Assembly: GCA_030704615.1 (NCBI GenBank)
Contig: CM060731.1
Span: forward strand, 34,534,001-34,598,000
DNA from: Takakia lepidozioides
Lineage: Eukaryota; Plantae; Bryophyta
Length of the DNA stretch: 64,000 nt
Reading direction: 5' to 3'
Shown here: positions 25,461-38,404 of the stretch, in pieces
Numbering within the stretch: the stretch's first letter is position 1
Layout of the letters: each line of letters opens with the position of its first letter
Position numbers and translations under genes: made by a program
The notes under the pieces: model-generated
What the model was told of the DNA's origin: nothing
Database searches by the model: none
Seen by the model: the letters and a program-made list of their open reading frames with translations, nothing else

Positions 25461-26117
25461 ATCTAAAATGTTATACATGGATAGATGAACACAAAAAACT
25501 ATTGAAGGGGCCATGAAAATATAGAGACTAGCTTGACGTCTTCCATAATCAAATTAGAATCACTGAAGATATTCAAAAAAATCCATCACAACACATAATG
25601 GAAACAGGGTACACCATGTTTTTCAGCCTTGATGTTAGATAGAGTTTTTCTTCCAACAATATACAAAACCCCAAAATCACCATTGCTAAGTTTCCAAAGG
25701 GCTCAACTCCATACATTCAGATGTTAGAGAATCACAAGAAACGTGGATGATGGCCCTCAACTACGCAGTCTGTCCCAAAAATGTTCAACACCAAAAATTA
25801 TGTAAGTTAGTGAGGACGCACAAGGTGAGTAGTAGGTTTTCCCGCGTGCTATAGTTGTCAAACCTATGCCTCTAAACATGCAAATGAAGAACATATGAGC
25901 AGGCAACAAATTTTTAATAGCACTTTGCATCCTTTCGGCCGTGGTGTCTGTCACTATGTTTCCTTTGTTTTTGGATGTTGATTGGTAGCATATAGAAGGA
26001 GAGGGTTCAAAAATATGATTAGTGTAGACAGTTAAGACTCAAGAGGTCTTACTAGGATTTTCAGTGCTGTATTGTGGGTTTCCTCGTCTTTGCTCCAGAA
26101 GGTGAAGAACAAACACT

Positions 26118-29100
26118 ATGGAAGCTGCCATAGCCAGCCCATCTGTAGCACAAACACCTCTTCCAGTCCTCTCTGACCCACCCGGTTGTCACCCTTCTTT
26201 ACAAGACCCTGGGGGACCTCCACCTCCTTCCTCTTCTCGGGTGTGGAAGAAGTCCAGTCAGTCAGGCAATGGCCGCCTCACTGCAATCCTGGAGCCCGTC
26301 CTCGAGGCCGGCGAAAAAAATAAAGACCTTGAACAGAAGAGTTCCAGGAGAGCCTCTAACAAACGGAATGGGAAGCAAGCCGGGAGTATCTCAGATTTTC
26401 AGTCTTCTGGGTCCAACCGCGATAGGGAGAAGGAAGGACATGCGAGCAATGGTAAGAGATTCACCGAGGGACAGAGTGCAATTGAGGAAGGGAAGAAGTT
26501 GAGAGGCCAGTGGACCAGCTCCTTGTCCACACCTGGACGGAATCGCCGCCTGGGAAAGCTCCATGGGCAGCCTAGGGATGCATGGGAGACTGGACTCTCA
26601 GAGGTTGGTGCATCGTTGTTACCTGTTCTGCAGCAGGGTTCTACTGAGAGTATTGACCAGATGTTAGATTCCGCACGAGACACGCTATCTGGGTGTGATC
26701 CCTTTTGCTTTATCAAGGGTTTAGGCAAACACGGGAAATGGGAAAAGGCTCTGCAAGTGTTCAGGTGGATGCTGAGGCACGACGATTTCAAGCCTGACGG
26801 ATCAACCATTGCGGTTATGTTGAGGATATTAGGGAAGGAGGCGCAACTCACTACAGCGTCTACACTCTTCGAAAGCTTGAAGGTTCAAGGGTACCCTTTG
26901 AATGTGTACGCATACACCTCTCTGATCAGTGCACATTCTCGTGCCGGCAAGTTGGAAGAGGCGTTGGGTCTTTTTGAGAAGATGAAGGATGACGGCTGTG
27001 AACCCAATGTCGTCACCTACAACGTGGTGATGGATGTGTACAAGCAGAAGGGGCATTCTTGGATCAAAATTCTCGATGTCTTTTGTGAAATGAAAACACA
27101 AGAGATTAAGCCCGACACATACACGTACAATACCATGATCAGCGCTTGTGCAAGGGAATCGCTATGTGAGGAGGCAACTCAACTCTTCAGAGAGATGGAG
27201 GTTGGAGAATGCATGCCTGACAGAGTAACGTATAATGCATTGCTTGATGTTTACGGCAAGGCAGGTTGGCATAAGGAAGCTTCGAATGTGTTGACAGCGA
27301 TGGAGGATGCAGGATGCCCTCCTAATATAGTCACATACAATGAATTAGTCTCTGCCTATGGGAGAGCTGGTTTACTTGAAGAGGCCGCAGCTTTGAAGGA
27401 TTCCATGATTGCTAAAAGACTTGACCCTGATGTTTTCACCTACACCTGTCTTTTATCTTCATACAGTCGGACAGGAGAGGATTTGAAGGCGAAGGAAACT
27501 TACTCTGATATGAGAGCCGCCGGTTGCACCCCCAATTTGCACACGTTCAATGCATTGATTGACATGTTTGGGAAGAATAAAAAGTTTGAAGAGATGATGC
27601 AGATGTTTGAGGATATGAAGGCCAGTGGGTGTGTCCCTGATAATGTCACATGGAACACACTACTGGGAGTGTTTGGACAGAATGAGATGTATCCTGAGGT
27701 TTTGAAGGTATGAAAATTAGGGCTTCAAGCTCCTCACCAGTGAACCCATGTCTAGATTTGCACGCCTCCATGCCTTTAGTAAATCAGAGCAATTTAGTGT
27801 GTGAATTCTCTACTGCTTGGAGGATTGTTCAAGGAACTGAAAGTCTGCGAAATATTCATGATGATGGTGGTTTTATGACTTGGTGTCTGAAGAAAGGTCA
27901 TAAACTGAAGTTCTCAAGCCATTGTGATCTCCCTCACATATGTAGATGTTTCAGCCTATTAATAGACATGATGGAAATGTTTGTTTTGGGTGTATTGATG
28001 TTATTAGGTGTTCCAAAACATGAAGAAAGCTGGGTACGAACCTGAGAGGGCTACATTCGACACTCTGATCGATGCCTATCAAAGGTGTGGGTCCTCAGAG
28101 CAAGCTCTTGGAATTTTTAAAACAATGCAAAACGCAGGCTGTGGCTGTGATATGGCTACATTTAAGTCTCTGCTGGCCCCTCTAGCAAGAAAGGGCCAGT
28201 GGGAGCAAGCGGAGACAGTAGTGGAAGAGATGAGGATAAGCAAGTCCAAGCCCAACGACTTAGCACATGCGTCATTGTTGCTTGCATATGCAAAACATGG
28301 CCAGCTAGACCGATTGAAGAAGGGGGCAGACAAGGTTCGAAAGACTTTTGTTCCTATGACGAAAGTGTTGTGTAAAACTCTGGTTTTGGTGTATAGCAAG
28401 TGTGGGCTGTTAGAGGAGACAGAGAGTGCTTTCTGGGAGATGCAAAAGGATGGGCACTTGCTAGATGTGAAGACATTCAACGCAGTAGTTTCTCTCTATG
28501 GAAAGAGAGGACACATCGAGAAAGCCATCAAGGTGTTTCAATCCATGCAGGTATTATTTCCATGATGTTTGATTCCTGCCTTAGGTTACTATATTGGGTG
28601 GTGTTAAGCAATCTTTGTAACATTGTGTTCATTTTCTCTCTGCTTGTGAGTCTGTTATGAACATTATTAATGCATATGGATAGAGCAGTTGATAGAATCA
28701 GACGGTTTTAATTTAAGTTAAGTTCTATACACACATGTAGTGAAGCGGAACAGGAATGGGAGGGAGGCAGGAAAGGTCAGTTGTCCGAGTGTTGACATAC
28801 CTGATGCACCAAGAGATGGGCTCCGAACAGAGATTTACTCATTGACTGTTCCCTGCAAATGCTAGTTGTGTATCCACGAGGCCATAATTTTCATGGCAAA
28901 CCAACCATCCCCTGAGCTCCTTGGGGTAGGCTTCAACAAGATATTTCTGGAACCAAATATGCCTCTGATGGACTCAACGAGTTAATTCGGTCTCACATTG
29001 GCTGTGGGTGATGAACCTCTCTGGTGTGCCCATTTCTTCACTCGCCAAGCTTATGGTCGATGTTGCTTTTGGTTGTGAATTTCCTCTCATGCATTTCCCT

Positions 29101-29743
29101 ATCCCTCTTTGAAAACATAAAGAGGAGGCCGGAGAGGTGGGGTGAGGGGGAAGAGTGTGTGCACTTGTTACCTTGTTTCTGTATGGTTGGCTGCAGCATG
29201 GTTCTCTAAGTTACCTGATGTTAAAGTGGGCAATCTGTGCAGGAAAAAGGCTTTGCACCAAATCTATTCACATATAACTGCATGATGAGTATGTATGGGC
29301 GGGAGGGTCTGTACTACGGTGCAGAGGAAGTTTTGCGCAAGATGCAGGCAGAGGGGGTTACCCCTGATCTAATCTCTTATAACACCCTCATATCTGCTTA
29401 CAGCAAGCATGGGCAGATGCAGGAAGCTGCCCGGATTTTTCATGAAATGATGGACTCTGCAGGCCTTCAGCCCGATGTATTCACATTTAATACATTTGTC
29501 AGTAGCTATGCCAGCCAGGGTATGTATGCCCAAGCAATGAATGTGATCACGCATATGAAAAAGTGTGGAGTTAATGCTGGAGAGATCACATACAGAGCCC
29601 TTGCAGATTCGTTTTGCAAGCTAGGGAAATTTGAAGAAGCTAGTCGGATGCTTAAGTTTATCAAAGAATCTGATCCAGAGCTAGATGAGGACACTTATAA
29701 GAGAATTGCTGGGCGCATCGCGAAATGTGAGTCAAAAGCGTAA
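26118..29743 (+). CDS. P-class pentatricopeptide repeat protein, probably plastid-targeted; exons 26118-27707, 28008-28550, 29243-29743
   Basis: Long run of 35-aa PPR motifs (YTSLISAHSRAG, PNVVTYN, PDTYTYNTMISAC, PDRVTYNALLDVYGKAG...); in-phase GT-AG introns; Pro/Ser-rich N-terminus; no E/DYW domain. Confidence 0.95.
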
Positions 29744-30474
29744 TCTGAAATCAACCTTTTGTGCACTATGCTCTGTCATATATGCAGTACAGCTCGCTTT
29801 AAGTTTTGCTTCAAGTTTCTATAGACTTCTGGCACACGTGGCCTCCTGTCTTATATTTTTTGCCACCCAAGAAAGAGACCTCTGACCTCTGGTAGTGCAT
29901 CAGGGTTCATCCAAGAAGCTGAGGGAGGATGTGTGCTCCCCTTTGGACAAAATCTTCAGGAACCCTCTGACAGTGATTACCCCATCCTCATATCAGGTGG
30001 CTGGCATCCCAAGTGTTTGTAGTAAACTAGGTGAGGTGAAGATACAAGATAGTATTGGAGAGGACCGTCGGCTGCAGTCAGTATCTCTTGATGAGACTAA
30101 CTCCAATTTCTTGTGTCAGTTGGAAGCCCTGAGAGGTGACACCCTCATGAAAACAAAACATATCCCATAATGTATGCCCATGATTCTGCTGCTGTTGGAG
30201 CTCCATAAAGGATCCCTGGAAGTTGCTAATATCTTATCTTCCACTTGGGCTAAACTCCAATCCTGAGAAAGTCCATTCTTTTTTCCTGATTGCTGCAGCT
30301 ACCCTCTGGTCCGCTTTTACCTGAACTACCAGGTCAATTCCTTAAGTTTTTTCAAGTTGAGCAAACCAAGACCTGCTGGGAAAATTTGGACTTTTTAAGC
30401 TTTTTTATTCAGAAACACATTATAGGCCGAATTCCTCAAAAAAACTCGGATACAGGGCAATAAAGTGAAATCAT

Positions 30475-33400
30475 TTAAGGGTTGAAAAGATTAGTCAAGT
30501 TGAGATTAAGAGCCACCAGCAAGGCAACAGCTGTTACCAGCGCCAGCCAGCCCAAGGCAGAGCCTGCGCACATACACATTCAATAACATTAGTTACTGCT
30601 TGAAGGAATTGCTCACTCCAAATCTGCTCAAGCGTCCATCTGCAACAATGCTCTTGAGGGGTAATACCAGACCACAATTTCACTTCCAAAAGTTCAACAT
30701 GTTTTACCCAACAGAAATTACTAGTTCTCCCAACTCAGTGATGTTTTGTGTGTTTGATCACTGTGCTGCAGATCAACTCCACAGAACAATCTTGTCTACA
30801 GTGTCTCCCTTGCTCACAAAATAAATCAGAAACGGGACTCAATGACCAAACATTACAATCCAGAAGATACCACTCACTTTCTCTAATTCTCTGAACCTCG
30901 GAGCGCCAGCTCGTCACCACCCTCTGCTGTTGCTTCACAGCAGGTTCTTTTGGCAAAGTCGGCCTGTCAGATGTTGTCATCGCATGACTTGGACGAACTC
31001 CTTCCCTGCCATCAAAACCCAATTTCCCAGTGCTACCCTCTCTGGGTGTACGTGTAACCAGGGGATTTGTCAACCGGTAACCTTTATCGGAGTTTTGGGC
31101 ATCAACTGACACAACAACGTTCTCCCTTGGTGATTGATTTTCTTGTGAAGACTCTACATCCTTCATCTCTGCATTGAGGAACTTTCCTATCTCATCCAAT
31201 AAATTGTTTGTGAGAGGCCTATCGCCAACACCAGCCTCCTCTTCATCTTCTACGTATGCTTTGTAGGTCAGCCGTACCAAGAGCTCCCCAGCAAATCGCT
31301 TGGGAAAGGGTCCCCACCCACTTTGAAGGGAAAGAACTTTGTCCACAGGTTCCGTGTCTTGCAATGTGCTCAAATCCACCTGTGAGACATTTCAAGGGGT
31401 GTAAGGACTTAACTGCAGCGGTCACAAAACAGAGTGTCCCTGTACGAGCAGAAAGATGTCACCCCCTCACTTCTAAGAGATTCATTCATCAGTAATGACA
31501 GGTTACTAGTACAGCAAAAATCTTTGGGTGAAATGAGCACAGGAACAGAGAAGTAAAGTCAAGAGCAGAAGGGACTCCAATTAACTGAGGAAAGATGACA
31601 GTGTGGAAGACGCACTTCTACAGAGGCAACGGTGAACGCGGTGAGTCCAACAGCATCACGAACTCGTATGAGGAGTTGCTGGGTCTTTGGGTCGACCACC
31701 AGCAACCGGAAATCCTGTGAGAAAATTCCCCAGGCAATACTTAATAAAAGCAAAGCCCAAAACATTTTTAATTCATCATTCTCCTCAAGAACCAGGTAGC
31801 ATCGTGAAGAAAGAGGGACAGCCCGTGTACAGACATTGAATATGATACTTCCAGAACGATTCTGCTTTCAAGCAAGAGTACTCAAGTTGACTCATTCTGC
31901 AGATATGTGTCTTTCAGCTTTTAAAGACACCTCTGTGTTCACTCCAATATGATTTTAGGCCTTACTTTGTCCTTCTATCATCATCCACATAAAGACTAAG
32001 ATGAATATCACATGTCACCTGATTCCAGACTGGAGCACCTGGGGGACCAATTATGGACGTTTTACTGTTCTTCTTACTATGAAGAACTTGCTCGCCCAAA
32101 AATAACACCACATAGGGATCTGTCTTGCCTGCACACTCCATAAATCCACATCAAAACCAACTCCTTTTATATCACAAAATCTCCAAATTTCATGCATCTC
32201 CAAAACTCATCTACAAGAGAGCCAACCAGTCACCATAATCTGTGGAGCTTTCAGGAGCAAGAACTCCTCAAGAGAAGGCAATAGCAGGTACACAAAGATT
32301 GGTGAAACTATTGCTCTATTTCTGCATCACATTCTAGAAAGTTGTGTGAATGAGATGCATATACTGAAAACTAGAGATGGTTGTTCCATGGTAAGCTATT
32401 CCTATGGTAGTGAATGGAGTTGGGCTAACCTACTCTACAACAAAGCTTCTGCCTAGAGCTTGAATATGCTCTGTAAATTGCTGCACAGTAAACTCTTAAT
32501 TGTGTCTCAAACATATTGTCTGAACTCTGAGAGTGTCCATCGCTTGATGGGCTGTGCGTTGAGCAGTACAGTAGACTCAGAGAGAGAGACACAGACATGG
32601 AGCCTTGTCTGAATGAAATGCCACAAAAGCCAAGGTAAAAAGTAGTTACCAATGGGAAAGTATGGTAGTTTGCGTGCCTCTATGAGAGTTATTGAGAGCT
32701 CTCCAGCAAATCCTCTTAAAAACAACCCGTCTTTGAAATCCTTGGAGACAGGACCTACAACTTTCCCTTTCAAGAAATTGACCACTGTCTTGTTCGGGCG
32801 AACAAAGAGTAGAGGAAGATCTTGCGTGAGCAACTTAGTCAAAAATCTGTAACGAAAAAACATCCACCATCCATGTCAGAACAGGATACTTATCCTTCCC
32901 TACAAGCAGATCTGACTTGCAAATGAGATTACCTTCTTCTGTTCCTATCTTGGTTAGCAACTCTAAACATCAGTGAAGCGATCGCTTTAAGAAGAACTAT
33001 GAAGTAAAACATAGCACTCATTGAGGCATAGGCACTCTTGCAAAAGTGTCTCTCTCTGTGAGTGCTAAAAAACTGCACCATGTTGACTAACTGATGTGGC
33101 TGCTTCACAACAAGTAAAGCTAGGCCTCATGGCAACAAAGAGATTTATTTCTCACACGCAGCATCTCAAGGTACTTCCACAATTCAAAGCCATCCCTACG
33201 AATGAAGGTGAATACTGCAGCCACTGCAGGAGTGTGGAACCATAGCCTCACTGTTCCATATTTAACTCGTCTGCCGCTCTAGTGTGCAGCAAAATTAAAA
33301 CACGGCATACGATTAAATGAGAGAGCAGTATGAGATGGGTGATGAAATTACATGTTAAGGAATGGGATAGCTGATGCGTTTAGACATGTCATGCCCACAG

Positions 33401-36050
33401 ACATTCACAAATCCACAGCCAATAGTATCAGCTTCAATTTGCTTACAGGACATACACTTTGAATGTAACAATAGCTTATCCTAATAGAACCTATTATTGA
33501 GATGAAATCAGGTAAGCATGAAAAATGCTCTTGGGGCCTTCTGGTAACCATAGGACATGAAACTACAGAGTCTAGCTATGCAAACAAGATGCTACTTCAG
33601 TATTGAAGTGGTAATGTCACGATTCCTCTGCTTGCCACATAAATATCTGCCTGGGAGAACTGTCATGGGGCAGGAGCATGTAACAACTTTGCAATAACAG
33701 ACCAGTAAATTTCATCATTTGACATCCTCACCAACCTGTGAGGAAAGAAGTATGCCAACCCCTTCAATCGACATCTGCATGGAAGCTTATCTGTATGGAA
33801 CCTATATCCACCTCCCTCTCAGTATAAATTTACAGGATGCTTGACATTCAAAACAGCTGCAACAGGCGGAGTTTCTCAGCTGGTTGATTGTTCAGCAGCC
33901 AACCAAAGGAGAGAGAGGGGGAATGAAAGCCATAGGTGAAAGATCTTATAATACATACCCATGACATTAAGGAGCCGGAAGGGTGCCAGAGCCAGAGTAA
34001 TTTTGGGTAGAGAAACAAAGGCCCAGGTTGCAGTCCCTACCCAGGGTTCAGTTGGAATTAGGCGCAGCTTCACCCACATCTCTCCATCCACATCCAAACC
34101 CCGAACTCCAACAGGTATTGTCAGTTGCAGGAACCCCCATTTTAAAGTTATTGAAAATACCATTCGCGAATTGCCTGTGTATCGCAGTCCAATATGGTAC
34201 CTGATGAGCCACCCGATTGTCATTGGCTAGCACAAGCTATGAATGGTGCTTTATATCCTGTCAGAAGTTCAGGCGAACCCATATTGAGCCAAATGATTGT
34301 GAAGCCTATGCCAATCAATTTGACCACGTCAAGGTAGGGAAGGTAGTGATTACCAACCAAAACTTAAAAAGCACACCTGCCATATATTAGTGGGTTGCAT
34401 TTTCAAGACTTTCTTACGAACTGCCCTCCTTTCTAGAGAGTACCTTCGTCAAATATTATACGGAGCAGAGCCAAGATCATGATAAAGATGTAGGCTCTAT
34501 CTCTCTCTCTCCCTCTCTCTTCCATGGGCCCATTCAGCTTTCCCTGAATGCAATTAATATCTACTTTGTCACCTTCTTTGTCTCTCACATTAGGGGCATG
34601 CTGGCGAGGAAAGAAAAAAATTATGACGCATTCTAGTATACAGGATTCCAAAAGCACCAAAAGAGTATCACTGCATCCTATGATTAAGAATTCTTCAGAA
34701 ACTCTTCACTAACAATAATCAACTTCAAGTTCACAGTTTAGTCGCACCTCCTGCAATGGTGGTGGTTCTGCTCCAATTCCATCCCAGTAACGCCTTCCAC
34801 CCACTTTGTTCTGAGCGAGGGGTCTATGGTCCACAAGACTACTGCAAGTAAAGCCTACTGTACACCTCTCTGCTCTTTCTTCTTCTCATCTCTCTCAAGC
34901 CTCCCTTTCTCTCAGTTTGGCTATATCATTAGGAACTTTTGTTTTGATCTGGAAGCCCTTCATATCACACGTGGAGGTAACAATTTTTCATTTTCTTCTC
35001 TCTCCTTTCCCTTCATAACTGAAGTAGATTGAATGCCACCTTATGGACCCCATAGCAAGAGCAGAAGGAAGAGCCAGCATACTGGAGGTCATTGGCGCGC
35101 CGCGATGTCCGTCGTTCTACACTCCTTATACTCAAAGGCTCATCACCCAAGAAAAACTGCTTGACCTGGACGCGCTGCACATAGGGTGGCTTCTCTGGAA
35201 TCTCGTCAATAAGAGGTTGTAAAAGCTCAATTAACCAGCCCTCCAGCTTGCGCCGATACAGATTCCAAATTTTCCCTAGAACCATATTTACCCATTCCAC
35301 ACTCTCCTTCTTTTTCAGGTCACTTTGTAAGAGAAGCGAGAGAGCTATTGGGGCAGTTACTGAAGACTGGGCGTGCAGTTCATGTGTGCTTGTGTCATGC
35401 ATTGTCTCTGAATTGGCAGCATTCAAGGCTCTAGAGCCCTGTCGAAGTCTACCCCACGATTGCACAAGGGCTACTGCTATAAATACTAAACCCCCAAGTC
35501 CAACTAACCCACCTCCAATAAAGGGAGGGAATGGGGAAGTCGGTGCGGCAACTGAAGTACTAGTGTAATTCCTCCAGTGTGATTGATCTACAAACCCTGA
35601 AATCTTGCCTGCTTGGTTCTGCACCGCTGAAAGCAATCGACTTTGAAAGGAACTTGCCAGTCTGTTATTTTCTTGCTTTTCACTAAGCATCCTATCTCCA
35701 TGACCGATGGCCTTTGAAACCCCCTCTCTGGCCCTTTCCGTGGGGTTGAAGCCATGCTGAATGACCCTCCCTTGCAAATCATCTTCGTTAAATACCTTCG
35801 ATCCCACCTTCTTCAGCGAACGACCGATCATCTCTCGACTATCTGGAGGTGATTTAGGTTTTCCTCTGCTTTCCTCGATAGTCCAAGCCAAGAAGGGCCG
35901 CTGCCCCATATTATCATATACCCACAAGGAACTGCACTTCCAAGTACTACTTTGACAAGGGCACTGCAAAATTGCTACGTGGAAGCCACCAAATAGTATA
36001 CTCTTTGAACTTTTTAGTTGACAGCTTTCCACCATTGGTGAGGGCATCAT
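30475..36050 (-). CDS. NTMC2T5: N-terminal-TM SMP + C2 domain protein (synaptotagmin/tricalbin-like, NTMC2T5 type), ~8 coding exons
   Basis: KKESVEWVNMVLGKIW, QFFLGDEPLSIRSVERRTSRRANDLQYHIGLRYTG, PVGVR..DVDGEMWVKLRLIPTEPWVG, FLTKLLTQDLP..FVRP, C2 domain GELSITLIEARKL, GELLVRLTYKAYVEDEEE, and C-terminal hydrophobic tail ending NLFNP*. Start ATG inferred at 36050. Confidence 0.88.
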
Positions 36051-38404
36051 GGTATTGCAATGTTGAAAGCTTGTTAGAGCAAGCTTGGCGTTCGAATGCT
36101 GAGATGAAAGGAACTGTTGCAGTAGCTGCAGCTGGAGGAGGAAGTAAGCCCATTTACTGATCAATCAATATTTTTGTTCTGCAAAATAGACACTAGGTCT
36201 GAGTAAACTTCCAAGATTGAAGCTGAAGCTGAATTCAAGTACTATACACAATCTCTTGCACCTCCATTTCTGAATCGACCCAGCCGAGCGAGAAAGAGAC
36301 CCTTGACAATGCAGCATTCTTAAACTTCAAATAAGATTCTTTCCATTTATGTGATACCACATATGTTTTAAGTCTGACCAAGGCAGAAACCATAATCAAG
36401 CTGCCCCCATGGTGAGTCAAGATGGGAGAGAAAAGACAGAAAATGGGGAAGAAAAAAAATTGTCACGTCCACAAGAGGCTCAGGATATTTCAGCCAACTG
36501 TAGATAAGATCTTTCCCCTTTTCTTGATACCACATGGTTTCTAAGCTCGACCAAAGCAGGAACCTGCAGATCAAGCCAAGAGCCGAGAAGAACTTACATC
36601 ATCTGTTAACATTCGCAGCTTGTGGGGGACATAAGGAAGTGTGATTTGGTGTAACATTCTTGAGCTCCTGCAATATCTTCCAGAATCAACCCATTCCCCC
36701 CTCGTTTCCCCTTTCTCTCTGCCAATACCCAACCACCATTCCGAGTGTGTGTACACACAAGGCACCCACCAGTTGAAAGTATGAGGAATGAAATTCAGAG
36801 CAGACACCCAGAGCATCCATGGATTCTCCTGCGGTGCTTCTTCGCATTCATTCATTGCAATTGGAGTCTACTTCCCTGGGCCCTCCACGGAATGCGAGAA
36901 GGGGAAAGTAATGAGCAAAACAGCAAGATCCTGTGCGACAAGTGTGCACTTGTCAATGGATGTGACTGGGCCACGTGTTCCATAGCAACCAGTCGAGGGT
37001 GTGAGCTGCCCACACGTGGTCGCTCTGCCTCCCGTGGATGATGTCACTTGGTGTTTTTGTGATTGTGTTTTGTGACTCTTGTTCTTCTTCCTTGCAATTT
37101 GCAAGCATCCCAATGTGTTCTGAAGGCACTGCCTCTCAACATCTCTCAATATGATATTTGAGTGTATACACTGAAGAGTGTGGACAACAGATGCCAAAGT
37201 ACTCATGACTTTAGTATGGGCACAGGCTCCATCTATCAACAAGGTTTTCAGATGTAAGTTATCCAACAAATGGATGGCCTCCACTTTTTCAATGAGAGCA
37301 CAACAGAAAACGTATGTTTTGAAACTTGATATGGAGCCCATATGCTGTAAGGTGGCTATAGATTGCGAGCTCCACATGGCTGCTGCATATAAAAGTGCAA
37401 TTGCATGTGGGGCCGTCATGGAATGCATGCCAAAGAGTTGGCTAGAGAAGGTTCTAGAATGGAGGAGGTTCTAGAGGTGTGGCCAGGTCATTTTGGCTAG
37501 AAAGAGAGGGCAACAAATGATGGAATTCCACTTGTACATAGTATCCTCACCAGTTGTGTGAATGGAGACCCTTCATATGGCAAGAGGTGCTACACCTGGA
37601 TTCCATCCATTAGGATCCACTCATTGACAGACCTGTGTCTGAAGATCTTGCAAAGACAAACCTCTTTACCCTGTCATGATCTAGCAAAGCAGCCTTCCAA
37701 GTTCATCGGAGGGGCAGCACCCCGAACAGGTGCTGGCAATCCCTACATGTAGATTACCTTAGTTACCAATAGCCATGTTCTCTTATACAACACTGCCACG
37801 TAACACTTTGATCCGCTTACCCTGGCCAAGGCCACAACTGCTTTGTTGCCTTTTGGTATGCCAATGGAAATGCCACCTTAATCTATGTATGACCACATAC
37901 ACAACAGAATAGTAGAGAGCCTGGGTCTTACAACTACATGTAAACAACAGTCCAAAAGTGTGCTGAGTAACATGTAGAGGTCTTAAGAAAAAACTACCAC
38001 TCCAGCAATTTTTGATGCATCACCCAGATACTGAGTCAGTTACACATTGTATTGACAGAAAGCTGCTGTACCATCCACAGATCATCAACAGATTTTTTTA
38101 TTCACTCCGGAAGCTTTCACCGGCCCAAGGAGGCAAAAGGTTGCGAGCCTCTCTTAAGTATTCTAACTGAGCATCTGCTGAAGGTGGATTCCCCTCCAGA
38201 TGACAGGGACATGAAGACTGCAATTTCAACAAACAAACTATTTTACCCAGATCCAGCTTAAGAGGACAACACAATTCCTGTCCCACCTGTCAGTAAAAAA
38301 TACCACCACACAGCCTCTGATGGAAGCAATGATGGTCATTGGCAAGATGACTCAATGTGGATGCAGAAAAAAGCTGCTGTGGAAATTGGTGGTGTCACGA
38401 CCAA

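Noticed and set aside
36571-37750. ORFs between the NTMC2T5-like and DUF819 genes (e.g. 36868..37428)
   Set aside because: Composition not protein-like and no motifs; more likely 5' UTR, promoter or intergenic sequence.
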